A DNA stretch of 64,000 nucleotides from Flavobacteriales bacterium (GTDB taxonomy: Bacteria; Bacteroidota; Bacteroidia; Flavobacteriales_F; PHOS-HE28). A model generated the notes under the pieces. The model was not told the DNA's origin. It did no database searches and worked only from the letters and a program-made list of their open reading frames with translations. The stretch is taken from NCBI GenBank assembly GCA_044224725.1, contig JBGAJW010000016.1:7055-71054 (forward strand). The letters are read 5' to 3'. The position numbers and the translations under genes are program-made. Each line of letters starts with the position of its first letter. Position 1 is the stretch's first letter. Below are positions 49,004 to 57,919 of the stretch, one piece after another.

Positions 49004-49912
49004 ATGAGAACCATGAGCAAAGAATCGACAAGTCACCCGCTGAAGCGCGCACTGCGCACATTGATAGCGGGCGCGATGGGCGTAATGCTGCTCATCGCCT
49101 GCGAGAACGGACCCAGCCCGCAAGAACTGGCCTTGAAAGCCGAGAACGAACGACTGAATCACGACCTGCAAGGCCGCGATTCGCTGATCGGCGATATGAC
49201 GCGCTCCTTCGACGAGATCCAGGCCAACATCGAACTCATGGAAGGCCGTGAGCAGATGATCGCGGAGAACTCCTCTGAGCAACAGCTCAGCCCGAACAAG
49301 AAGGACAGGATCGTTCGCGACCTGCAGCTGATGAACGGACTGATGAAGGAGAGCCGCGACCGCATCAAGGAACTCACCGCACGTCTCGATCGTTCGAAGA
49401 TCGACGCCAAGGGATTGCGCGCCAAACTGAAGGAGCTCGATCTGCAACTGGCCCAGCGCGACAGTGCGATCACGAACATGAAAGGCGACCTGCTGGCCCG
49501 CGACTTCCGCATCGACCAGATCAACAAGAACCTGGATTCGATCACCATGGTGGTGGCGAAACGCGAAGCGGTGATCGACCAGCAGACCGCTGAACTGAAC
49601 AAGGCCTATTACATCATGGGCACCGAGGAAGAGCTCGAAGCGCAAGGCGTGCTCACCAAGGAGGGTGGTTTCATCGGTATCGGCAAGCACACGACGCTGA
49701 ACGGAGAAGCATCAACCGCCACGTTCACCCGGACCGATGTGCGTGACCTCCACCGCATCCCCGTGAAAGCCAAGAAGGCCGAACTGATGTCCGAGCACCC
49801 GGCCAGTTCCTATGAAATGGTGAAAGAGGATGACATGATCGCCTACCTGGAGATCAAGGATGCCGACGCGTTCTGGAAATTGTCCCGATACGCGGTGGTG
49901 GAAGTGAAGTGA
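49004..49912 (+). CDS. Coiled-coil lipoprotein of unknown function
   Basis: Lipobox (MLLIACENG) followed by a roughly 200-aa heptad-rich coiled-coil. The ORF is open from 48695, but the upstream part is Arg/Pro-rich junk. Confidence 0.45.
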   Translation: MRTMSKESTSHPLKRALRTLIAGAMGVMLLIACENGPSPQELALKAENERLNHDLQGRDSLIGDMTRSFDEIQANIELMEGREQMIAENSSEQQLSPNKKDRIVRDLQLMNGLMKESRDRIKELTARLDRSKIDAKGLRAKLKELDLQLAQRDSAITNMKGDLLARDFRIDQINKNLDSITMVVAKREAVIDQQTAELNKAYYIMGTEEELEAQGVLTKEGGFIGIGKHTTLNGEASTATFTRTDVRDLHRIPVKAKKAELMSEHPASSYEMVKEDDMIAYLEIKDADAFWKLSRYAVVEVK

Positions 49913-50030
49913 TCCTTCCTTCCGGCGAACACGGCGCGGTCCCGACGTCATCGGGACCGCGCTGTATCCGGCTCCACTCGTACTCCCGCCCCGTTCTCAA
50001 CGCATGCAACACTTCAACCCGAACACATCC

Positions 50031-50663
50031 ATGGACCACTTGCTCCGACGCCCGCTCTTCTCCGCACTGCTCGCCGCCTTCTCCGTCGTACCCGCCATCA
50101 GCCTCGCTCAAGGTCCGGTCTTCGGGGTGAAAGGCGGTGTTACGCTCAGCAACCTCTACTCCGGCGACGTGGATGACAGCAACGGCCGCGTGGGCTTCAA
50201 CCTCGGCGTGCTCGGGCGCACCGATCCGCAACAACCGGTAGGGCTCCAGGTGGAACTATTGTATACCACCAAAGGCGAGACCTTCACCTACGACGGCTTC
50301 CTGATCGACCAGGAATTCAAGTTGAACCTCGGCTATCTGGATCTGCCGGTGATGGCCTCCATCCGCTTGGGCCCGGCCATCGAGTTCCAAGCGGGGGTCT
50401 ACGGCGGGCTCTTGTTGAGCTCCAACCTCTCATCGAGCGGCGATCTGGGAACCAGCTCCGATGATCTGGACAAGAGCAACTTCCATTCGCTCGACTACGG
50501 CTTCGTGGGCGGTGTCGCCTTCAATGCCGGCGCCATGCAGGTAGGAGCGCGGTACAACTATGGCCTGAGCAAGCTGGCCGGTTCGGACGAGGCCGAAGCC
50601 ATACTGGGTGACGCCAAGAACGCCTATGCGCAACTCTATGTAGCATTCGGTTTCGGACAATAG
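50031..50663 (+). CDS. Outer-membrane beta-barrel protein (OmpA-like TM barrel / PorT-like porin family)
   Basis: Signal peptide, alternating hydrophobic beta-strand pattern, and terminal ...AQLYVAFGFGQ, typical of OMP_b-brl_2 family barrels. Confidence 0.55.
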   Translation: MDHLLRRPLFSALLAAFSVVPAISLAQGPVFGVKGGVTLSNLYSGDVDDSNGRVGFNLGVLGRTDPQQPVGLQVELLYTTKGETFTYDGFLIDQEFKLNLGYLDLPVMASIRLGPAIEFQAGVYGGLLLSSNLSSSGDLGTSSDDLDKSNFHSLDYGFVGGVAFNAGAMQVGARYNYGLSKLAGSDEAEAILGDAKNAYAQLYVAFGFGQ

Positions 50664-51191
50664 ACACTGACCCCGATAGGGCCGTTGCGCAGAAGCGCGG
50701 CGGCCCTATCATGCGTTCACTCGAACAATACCACGCCGCGCTTCAACCACGAACGACATCCCATGACGACCGAGCCCCAAATGCCAACAGCCGAACGAAC
50801 CCCGAAAGCGAGAACCGTCAGCCCGCGTGTTGATGGCAAGCGGCCACGACTGAAACCGCCCGCGTTGAATCTCGAAGAGCATGTGCGATGGGAGGGAACG
50901 CCGATCACCAACCCTGGAAGGGAAGCGACGGAGGTGTCATGTCGGACCCTGCGAACGGATCCTGAACGGTCCTTCCGTTCGTTTCCGCATGCGATCCGCA
51001 AACAAGAAAGCGCGAACCGATCAACACGCCTACGCGGTGCATGCGCACCGCTTCGGCACCTGAAACACGGTTCGGCGTTCAACCCATGGCACGCAAGAAA
51101 AAAGTCATTCTGTCCGAACCGCTTCGCGATCGCTTGAAGACGATCAATGTGCGGCCCGATGAGCGCAAGGTGATCACCATCGGCGCCATCC

Positions 51192-51650
51192 ATGTCCTCG
51201 GTCCTTGAAGGCAACACTACCCGTTGGCCGAAGCGATCGGCTGAACAACACATGGAACAACGCACGTTCTCCAGCGACCTACTTGCCCTCCTGTGCCAGT
51301 ATGAACGGATGCTGCTACGCCGGTACGGTGTGCGCCTCCGCGTGGACAAGATCACCCGCGATGGAAAGAACGCGCTGTGCTCCATCGCGCAGGTGCGGCG
51401 TACCTGGTTCAGGTCCGCTCGTTCAACCGGCGAATTGATCGAGCTGGCGCAAAACGCCCTGATGCCTTTGCACCAAGTCGGTCTCAGCCCGCTGGTCTCC
51501 ACGCTGCCCCGACAGCCGAGCGCCACGTTCCCCGCATTGGACAAGAATGACCCGTTCGGCATCCATCGCGCATTGCGCCATGCCGGTTTGAACGAGGCAC
51601 CTCCTGGCAGCCTCATGGAAGCCGGCAGCTACCCTTCGTTGACGCCTTGA
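51192..51650 (+). CDS. Hypothetical protein (weak call)
   Basis: Protein-like composition and no homology recognised. It lies in a roughly 1-kb stretch with ambiguous coding on both strands. Confidence 0.2.
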   Translation: MSSVLEGNTTRWPKRSAEQHMEQRTFSSDLLALLCQYERMLLRRYGVRLRVDKITRDGKNALCSIAQVRRTWFRSARSTGELIELAQNALMPLHQVGLSPLVSTLPRQPSATFPALDKNDPFGIHRALRHAGLNEAPPGSLMEAGSYPSLTP

Positions 51651-51725
51651 ATGCGAACGGCTCCCTCCGCGCAGTGCGGGGGAGCCGTTGTTGTTCCTAT
51701 TCGACGCCGACGGGCGTCAACGCGT

Positions 51726-52331
51726 TCACTTCGCCAGCACCAACCGCACACCGGCCGAAGCATGGTAGAAGTTCACTCGCGGGTTGGTGGCGAACCGTTC
51801 CCCGTCAAAGACGTCGCTCATGGCCACGTCGTAACCAGCGTTCACGAACAGGACACCGAGCTGCACCTCACCGGCAAAGCCCAGATACCATTGTGTACCG
51901 CGCGTCTCCACGTCCAAGGAGTTCTGATCCAGCTTTGAGCTCAGACCGATCAGGGCCGTGGGGCCACCCATGAGGCTCACATTCACGGCGGGCTCCTCAG
52001 CGGGGTCGAGCAGGTTCAAGCCGAGCATCAAGGGTACGCGCAACGAACGCTCGGTGTACGTGAAGTCCTGCGGCGGAATATCCGCGGCGGTCGCATAGGT
52101 GAAGCCCAGGTTGCGCACCATGAAGTGGATACCGGGTTCCAGGAACCAATGATGCCCGAGCTTCATATCGGCTCCGAACATGTAGCCGCCACGCCCGATC
52201 CAGCGCTCGTCACCGGCCTTCTGCACATTGGAACCGTTGTACCCCGCGGACAAGTGGAACTCCTGGGCACTGGTACAGTTGCCTATCAGTGCCGCGGAAC
52301 CGGTGACCATCAGGGAAAGGAAGTGTCTCAT
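51726..52331 (-). CDS. Outer-membrane beta-barrel (porin family) protein, 202 aa. The ORF extends artefactually to 52694.
   Basis: Start MRHFLSLMVTGSAALIGNCTSAQE (signal peptide). Alternating beta-strand pattern. C-terminal ...FYHASAGVRLVLAK. Confidence 0.5.
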   Translation of the reverse strand: MRHFLSLMVTGSAALIGNCTSAQEFHLSAGYNGSNVQKAGDERWIGRGGYMFGADMKLGHHWFLEPGIHFMVRNLGFTYATAADIPPQDFTYTERSLRVPLMLGLNLLDPAEEPAVNVSLMGGPTALIGLSSKLDQNSLDVETRGTQWYLGFAGEVQLGVLFVNAGYDVAMSDVFDGERFATNPRVNFYHASAGVRLVLAK

Positions 52332-52591
52332 GTAGTTGGAATTTCGGCGATGGTCCGGCAGATCCCCAGCCACGTGATCCCGCGCCACACATCGGGTCTT
52401 GCGGTGCGCAGGCCGTAGTGTGACCTCCACAGATCGGGGAGGCGCCTCCCCCTGTTCCGCGTTGCGCGAAACCCTGGTCCGTTTGCAACGCTCAGGGTTG
52501 GCGTGCTTTTCACCGCGCAGGGGTCGGCGGTCCCACAATTGGTGAATGCCCTTCCGTCGGCAACTGGCCGGGAACCAACAACCCAACAACA

Positions 52592-52969
52592 ATGGACAAC
52601 TCAACTGGAAAGACAGCGCTCGCGCTGGTAGTGGGCATCGCCGCAGGGGCCGCCCTCGGACTCCTGTTCGCACCGCGTTCGGGCAAGGAGACACGCGCTG
52701 CCCTGCGCAGCAAGGGGGAAGACCTGCAGGAGGACCTGGAGGAACGCATCGAGCAGGCCCGCAAGGACTGGAGCAAGGCCAAGGGAAAAATGGCCGATGC
52801 AGCTTCGATGACGAAGGACGAGGTGAGCGACTTCGTCCACTACATGTTCAAAGAAGGCAAGCGCTCCGCTGGCCGTGTGAAGGAGGAGGTGAGTTCCACC
52901 GCCAACGACATCGCCGACCGCGCGAAACGCGCGGCGGACGACCACAAGCAGGCCGCACGCGCGAATTGA
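52592..52969 (+). CDS. YtxH-domain general-stress-like protein
   Basis: N-terminal hydrophobic helix ALALVVGIAAGAALGLLFAPRSGKETR, followed by charged helical repeats. Confidence 0.6.
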   Translation: MDNSTGKTALALVVGIAAGAALGLLFAPRSGKETRAALRSKGEDLQEDLEERIEQARKDWSKAKGKMADAASMTKDEVSDFVHYMFKEGKRSAGRVKEEVSSTANDIADRAKRAADDHKQAARAN

Positions 52970-53009
52970 ATCCGATCACAGTACCTCGCCGAGCTACGGC
53001 GCACGAAAC

Positions 53010-53372
53010 ATGGAAACCACCACCCGACCCGACTTCAGCGACCTGCTGAACGAAGTGGGCTCTGACGCGAAGGCCTTCTGGTACGCGCAGCGCGACTACA
53101 CCCTGCTCGTAGCGAGTGAGAAGGCCGCGAAGGCCGGACGCTCAATGGTGGGAGGAATGATCACCCTCGCTCTCGTCAGCCTGGTGGTGCTGATGCTGAG
53201 CATGGCGGCTGCCTACCTGGTCGCGGACCGGGTAGGCAGCACCGCCTTGGGCTTCTGTTATGTGGGATGCGGCTACGTCGTGGTGACGGTACTGTTCCTC
53301 CTGCTGTGGAAATCGGTGCTGGGCAAAAAAGTGCAACTCGATATCATCAACGCCTTCCATGACAAAGACTGA
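53010..53372 (+). CDS. Holin-X-like (phage holin superfamily III-like) small membrane protein
   Basis: 120 aa with two TM helices (MITLALVSLVVLMLSMAAAYLV, GFCYVGCGYVVVTVLFLLLW). It follows a YtxH gene, as in many Bacteroidota. Confidence 0.4.
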   Translation: METTTRPDFSDLLNEVGSDAKAFWYAQRDYTLLVASEKAAKAGRSMVGGMITLALVSLVVLMLSMAAAYLVADRVGSTALGFCYVGCGYVVVTVLFLLLWKSVLGKKVQLDIINAFHDKD

Positions 53373-53805
53373 ACGCTTCAGCAGCTTGGAGGACGTGCAC
53401 GCGCTGCGCCTCCTGCTCAAGGCGGAACGTGACGCGCGTGCGGAGGACCTGCGCGCCCATTGGGAGCACATCCAGGACAAAGAGTTCCGGCGAGGGCTGA
53501 TCCTCGATGCCGCATCCGATCTCTTCCGTTCCAACAACGGGAACGGTAGTGCCTTGGGGGCCCTCGTCAGCGGGGTGAAAATGGCCGGTGGTTGGCTTCC
53601 CTTGGTAGGCCCCCTCCTCGGTGGGCGGAAGGGCGTGCTCGGCAGTCGGCTCTTCTGGACAGGTCTCAGCCTCGCGCTCCCCTTGTTGGTGAACAAGGAT
53701 GGCGTCTCGCGGGCAGGCGACGTATGGGACAGCGTTCGCAACGGCATCCAGCGGATGAAGGACCTCCTGCACGGGAACAAAGGCGTTGAGGTGGAAGACC
53801 CATGA
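53359..53805 (+). CDS. Hypothetical protein (148 aa) with a hydrophobic, Gly-rich C-terminal region
   Basis: Overlaps the neighbouring genes at both ends (a 14-nt overlap upstream and an ATGA overlap downstream). No domain recognised. Confidence 0.35.
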   Translation: MTKTERFSSLEDVHALRLLLKAERDARAEDLRAHWEHIQDKEFRRGLILDAASDLFRSNNGNGSALGALVSGVKMAGGWLPLVGPLLGGRKGVLGSRLFWTGLSLALPLLVNKDGVSRAGDVWDSVRNGIQRMKDLLHGNKGVEVEDP

Positions 53806-55013
53806 TCGCCCGCGAAAAAACCGATCCGTACGCGGCGCTCCGTTCGGCAACAAGGAGCGATGCGACACCCACGGCAAGCCGTTCCGGTAAGCGTCGCCGT
53901 TGGCGCACGGTGCTCATGATCATCGGCGCGCTCGTTCTGGTCCGCATAGCGTTACCATACGTCCTGCTGCACTTCGCGAACAAGCGATTGGCCGCGATGC
54001 CGAACTACTACGGCCACATAGCGGACCTCGACCTCGCGCTTCTCCGGGGGGCCTATCGCATCGAAGCGTTCAACCTGGAGAAGAAAGACACGGTCTCCGA
54101 AAAGCTGACCTCTTTCATGAGCGCCGACCTGATCGACCTCAGTGTGGAGTGGAGCGCCTTGCTGGACGGATCGCTGGTCGGTGAGCTGGTGGTGGAACAC
54201 CCGGAATTGCGCTTCACCAAAGATGCCGCCGAACCGGCCGAAGCGCTGAAGGACAGCGCCGACTTCCGCACCTTGCTGAAGGACTTCATGCCGTTGAAGG
54301 TGAACCGCGTGGAGGTGCATCAAGGAGTTGTCCGCTACCGCGATGCAGGCAGCACGCCCGTGGTTGACGTACAGATGTACGATGTCGAAGCGCTCGTGTT
54401 GAATCTCACCAACTCGGCTGATTCGGTGAAACTCCTTCCGTCCTCACTGCGCGCCACCGCCAAGGTGTACGGAGGGGATCTGACACTCAACATGGGACTT
54501 GCCCCGTTGGCGGACAGCACACGCTTCGACATGAACGCGGAACTCGTACACACCGACCTGACGCGCATGAACGACCTCTTCCAAGCCTACGGGAAATTCG
54601 ACGTGAACAAGGGCACCTTCGGACTCTACTCGGAAATGGCCACCCGCGATGGCGCGTTCAAAGGCTATGTGAAACCCTTGATCAAGGACCTCGACGTGCT
54701 CGGGTCGGAAGACAAGCACGATGGGATTTTCCACAAGCTCTGGGAAGCCGTGGTGGGCGCGGCCGGCGGCATCCTGAAGAATCCAGGTACGGACAACGTG
54801 GCCACCAAGGTGACCTTCGAAGGGAGGCTGGACCATCCGGAAGTCGGCGCATGGGGAGCCGTTGCCCAGTCGCTGCGCAACGCGTTCATCAAGGCCTTGC
54901 CCCCGTCTCTCGACAACGAGATCAACATCGCCAACGTGGGCAAGAAGGACGGAGAAGAGAAGAAAGGCTTCCTGCGCAAACTGTTTGGCAAGAAGGAAAA
55001 GGCCGATCATTAG
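53802..55013 (+). CDS. DUF748-like (AsmA-like family) membrane-anchored protein
   Basis: N-terminal TM (VLMIIGALVLVRIALPYVLLHFA) is followed by a roughly 350-aa beta-rich domain. The C-terminus is Lys/Glu-rich. Confidence 0.5.
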   Translation: MIAREKTDPYAALRSATRSDATPTASRSGKRRRWRTVLMIIGALVLVRIALPYVLLHFANKRLAAMPNYYGHIADLDLALLRGAYRIEAFNLEKKDTVSEKLTSFMSADLIDLSVEWSALLDGSLVGELVVEHPELRFTKDAAEPAEALKDSADFRTLLKDFMPLKVNRVEVHQGVVRYRDAGSTPVVDVQMYDVEALVLNLTNSADSVKLLPSSLRATAKVYGGDLTLNMGLAPLADSTRFDMNAELVHTDLTRMNDLFQAYGKFDVNKGTFGLYSEMATRDGAFKGYVKPLIKDLDVLGSEDKHDGIFHKLWEAVVGAAGGILKNPGTDNVATKVTFEGRLDHPEVGAWGAVAQSLRNAFIKALPPSLDNEINIANVGKKDGEEKKGFLRKLFGKKEKADH

Positions 55014-55014
55014 C

Positions 55015-56121
55015 GTGAGCTACTCCTTCCAGCGGCAATTCACGCTCGCTTGGTACGTCCTCGCAGGAATGGCGGTGCACGCCCAGCGCTCCGACCGGCA
55101 CGCGGATGTGGATACCCAGTACGTGAAGGACTACTCGCATCTCCTCACGGGCCGCTCCTTCCTCAGCACCAAGTACAACGCCTTCCGGATCGACCCGGTC
55201 TATGAGGGTACCGCGTTGAACTACCGACCGAACAACCAGATCAACATCGGCGTAGGTGCGAGCTATCGCAAGTTCACGCTGAACCTCGGTTTCGCGATCC
55301 CCTTCCTGAACCGTGATGATGAGCGCTACGGCCGCACCCGCTACCTTGATGCGCAAGCGAATCTTCTCAGCCCGGAGCGCGCTACCAACTTCTTCTTGCA
55401 GGTGTTCAAGGGTTACCACATCAGCACCTACAGCCGCCAAGAACTCGGTTGGCCGGACCAAGGCGTCGCGTTGCCCTATCGTGGTGACCTGGTGGAATTC
55501 AACCTCGGCATCAGTACCCTTCGCGTATACAACAGCCGCCGCTTCAGCTATCGCGCGGCGTTCAACCAGGACGCATGGCAATGCCGCAGCCAAGGCTCAT
55601 GGTTGCTCGGCGGATACGCGCTGTACTACCGCTTGAAGGCCGATTCCTCACTGGTGCCCACCGCGCTGGCTCGGCAGTTCGATGCACAGGCCGCATTGCG
55701 CAAAGGCGATTTCGGCGACATCGGACCCATGGGCGGATACGCCTACACCTTCGTGCTCAAGCAACGCTGGTTCGCCACCGCCTCCTTCGCCGTGGGCGCC
55801 GGGCTCAGCGTGCAGCACACCCTGAAGGACCCGCCGCCGGAAGTCGCGGCGGCCGGATCCTCGACCACCTGGGGACCCGGCTGGCACCTACAGATGCGGG
55901 GGGCCATGGGCTACAACAGCCAACGCGACCAGGTGAGCCTGAGCTTCAACGAAGAGCGCGTGAGCTATTTGATGACCGACCAGAGCCTCTTCCGTTGGCA
56001 CGTGGGCAACATCCGCTTCAACGTGGTACACCGCTTCTCAGAACGATTGCCCTGGTTCGATCGCGGCTTCCGCTGGCTGAAGAAGAAGACGCCCGATATG
56101 CTGAAGACCGGGGATGCCTGA
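55015..56121 (+). CDS. DUF4421-like predicted outer-membrane/secreted protein, with a GTG start 2 nt after the upstream TAG
   Basis: Signal peptide (FTLAWYVLAGMAVHAQ). Beta-rich, with aromatic residues at strand ends. An alternative ATG start is at 55069. Confidence 0.4.
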   Translation: MSYSFQRQFTLAWYVLAGMAVHAQRSDRHADVDTQYVKDYSHLLTGRSFLSTKYNAFRIDPVYEGTALNYRPNNQINIGVGASYRKFTLNLGFAIPFLNRDDERYGRTRYLDAQANLLSPERATNFFLQVFKGYHISTYSRQELGWPDQGVALPYRGDLVEFNLGISTLRVYNSRRFSYRAAFNQDAWQCRSQGSWLLGGYALYYRLKADSSLVPTALARQFDAQAALRKGDFGDIGPMGGYAYTFVLKQRWFATASFAVGAGLSVQHTLKDPPPEVAAAGSSTTWGPGWHLQMRGAMGYNSQRDQVSLSFNEERVSYLMTDQSLFRWHVGNIRFNVVHRFSERLPWFDRGFRWLKKKTPDMLKTGDA

Positions 56122-56183
56122 GTGCGTGCTTCGGTCCTATCCGAGTGCGTACCCGCTGCGCAACCACCGGCCGTTCACCGCGC

Positions 56184-57707
56184 TCATTCCACCACCAATT
56201 TGCTCCCCGCCAACCATCTCTTCGTATCCCGCAAATGCAAGTAGTACGTGCCTGCCGGTAGTGCGCTCACAACCAATGTGGCCCGTAGAAGGTTGAGGTT
56301 CTGTTGTACGGATTGCTCCAACACCAAGCGACCGGTCTCATCCAGTAGCTGCGCCTGTACCTGCCCCTCAACCTCGCCCCCTTCAGGCAGGTCCAATACC
56401 ACACGTACCACATCACTCGCCGGGTTGGGGCTTAGGCGCAGCAGCTTTTGCAGGTCCATCACGTACTCCTGCACCCCTACGTTCTGGCAGCCGGGCACTA
56501 CACAGCCCAGGCTGTCGGTCTTGATCACAAAGATGGTTTCCATATTGGGGGTGGGATCCTCCAAGGTCTGGAACAACAAACCAGTGAGCAGGAAACCTCC
56601 ATCACTGGTCGGCTCTACATCGTAGGGCCAATGGTCGCCCATGTTGTTGAATACCGTCAGATGGCGGGACCATAGGCTATCGCCTGTAGCGGCGTACTTG
56701 GCCAGTTCCGTGTACCAGCTGTAAATGCCACAAGCAATGATCGTTTGGTCCTGGAGGATCTCGAAATCCCTGGGGAAGGCTTGATAAAAATAGTGCGACC
56801 GAGTCTCCCAGATTATATTCCCGGATGGATTCCTTTTGATAAGATCATACTGCGCCCACCCCCAAGGCCAATTGACCTCGCGGTACTCAGTGCAGGACAC
56901 AATACCACCATCGGCTGCCACACGCACTGCTCCACTACCACCTCCGTTGTCACCGAAGAAACGACGCCAGATCTGATTTCCCAGGCTATCCGTGCGTATC
57001 AGCCAGCCCAAATTCGTAAGATTACCTGGCAATCGATAACCAAGCAACAGGAAGCCGCCATCTGTGTATTGCGCTACCCCCATGCCCTCGTATAGTTGGT
57101 CCGGCGCACCGTATGTGCGCTCCCATTCTAGGAGCCCTGTACTGTCCAATTTGACCAGCATTGCGCTACCGGACGCACCCAGTGTATCGCGGAACCCGCA
57201 GTAGACAAAGCCACCATCGCTCGTTTGTCGCATCTGGCGGGTTCCAACAAGATTCGAGTCAGCTGGGTCCGAGGTCATCACCGACACTGGCGGCAACATG
57301 TTCCCAAGAGCATCAAAACGTGCAAGATCAATCGTGAAATCGTATCCATTGAAATGTTGCACAGTTGACGCGAAGCCGCCGCTATTCATCTTGGCCACCG
57401 GATCGTGGAACCCAAAATTTGAATGATAGTTTTCCCCTGTCCCTAGCTCGTATTTTTCTTGGAAGGCGCCATCGGGTCCAAGCTTGTAGACCACGCATCG
57501 GGTTCGTCCGGTACCATCATTCGACACTTGGTGACCGAATACTACAAAGCCGCTATCAGTTTCAAAGATGGATCGCCCACTGGCATCACGCCCATCCTGA
57601 ACAGCATTCATTTCGACAATAAAGCTGCTCTGGCAGGGAGCATGGTTGCTCCCTGCCAGAACCACAATCAACAGCGCGGACGAACGCATCATTTCGCGAT
57701 CGTGCAT
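56184..57707 (-). CDS. T9SS-secreted beta-propeller protein
   Basis: Signal peptide (SSALLIVVLAGSNHAPCQS). Repeated DGGF/W-containing blades. The C-terminal sorting domain is (LRLSPNPASDVVRVVLDLPEGG...GTYYLHLRDTKRWLAGSKLVV). Confidence 0.6.
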   Translation of the reverse strand: MHDREMMRSSALLIVVLAGSNHAPCQSSFIVEMNAVQDGRDASGRSIFETDSGFVVFGHQVSNDGTGRTRCVVYKLGPDGAFQEKYELGTGENYHSNFGFHDPVAKMNSGGFASTVQHFNGYDFTIDLARFDALGNMLPPVSVMTSDPADSNLVGTRQMRQTSDGGFVYCGFRDTLGASGSAMLVKLDSTGLLEWERTYGAPDQLYEGMGVAQYTDGGFLLLGYRLPGNLTNLGWLIRTDSLGNQIWRRFFGDNGGGSGAVRVAADGGIVSCTEYREVNWPWGWAQYDLIKRNPSGNIIWETRSHYFYQAFPRDFEILQDQTIIACGIYSWYTELAKYAATGDSLWSRHLTVFNNMGDHWPYDVEPTSDGGFLLTGLLFQTLEDPTPNMETIFVIKTDSLGCVVPGCQNVGVQEYVMDLQKLLRLSPNPASDVVRVVLDLPEGGEVEGQVQAQLLDETGRLVLEQSVQQNLNLLRATLVVSALPAGTYYLHLRDTKRWLAGSKLVVE

Positions 57708-57919
57708 TTGGTTTCACCGACCACAATGCCGTTGTCCACTACCCGCGCCAGGTAGAACCCATTGGCCCATGGCATGCCTTTCAAACGAACTGGCCATATG
57801 ATCAAGGTGCTTTGATCCGCTGGGTTGGGATAAGTCATGATGCCCGAAGGTACGGCTGCAGCGCTGTTCTGTGCTGCTGCCTGAATAGCGCTGGTGCGGC
57901 CAGAGCTTAGATGCTGCCT

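Noticed and set aside
50717-51616. 299-aa minus-strand ORF
   Set aside because: Arg/Ser/Cys-rich junk composition. It overlaps plus-strand ORFs of better composition.
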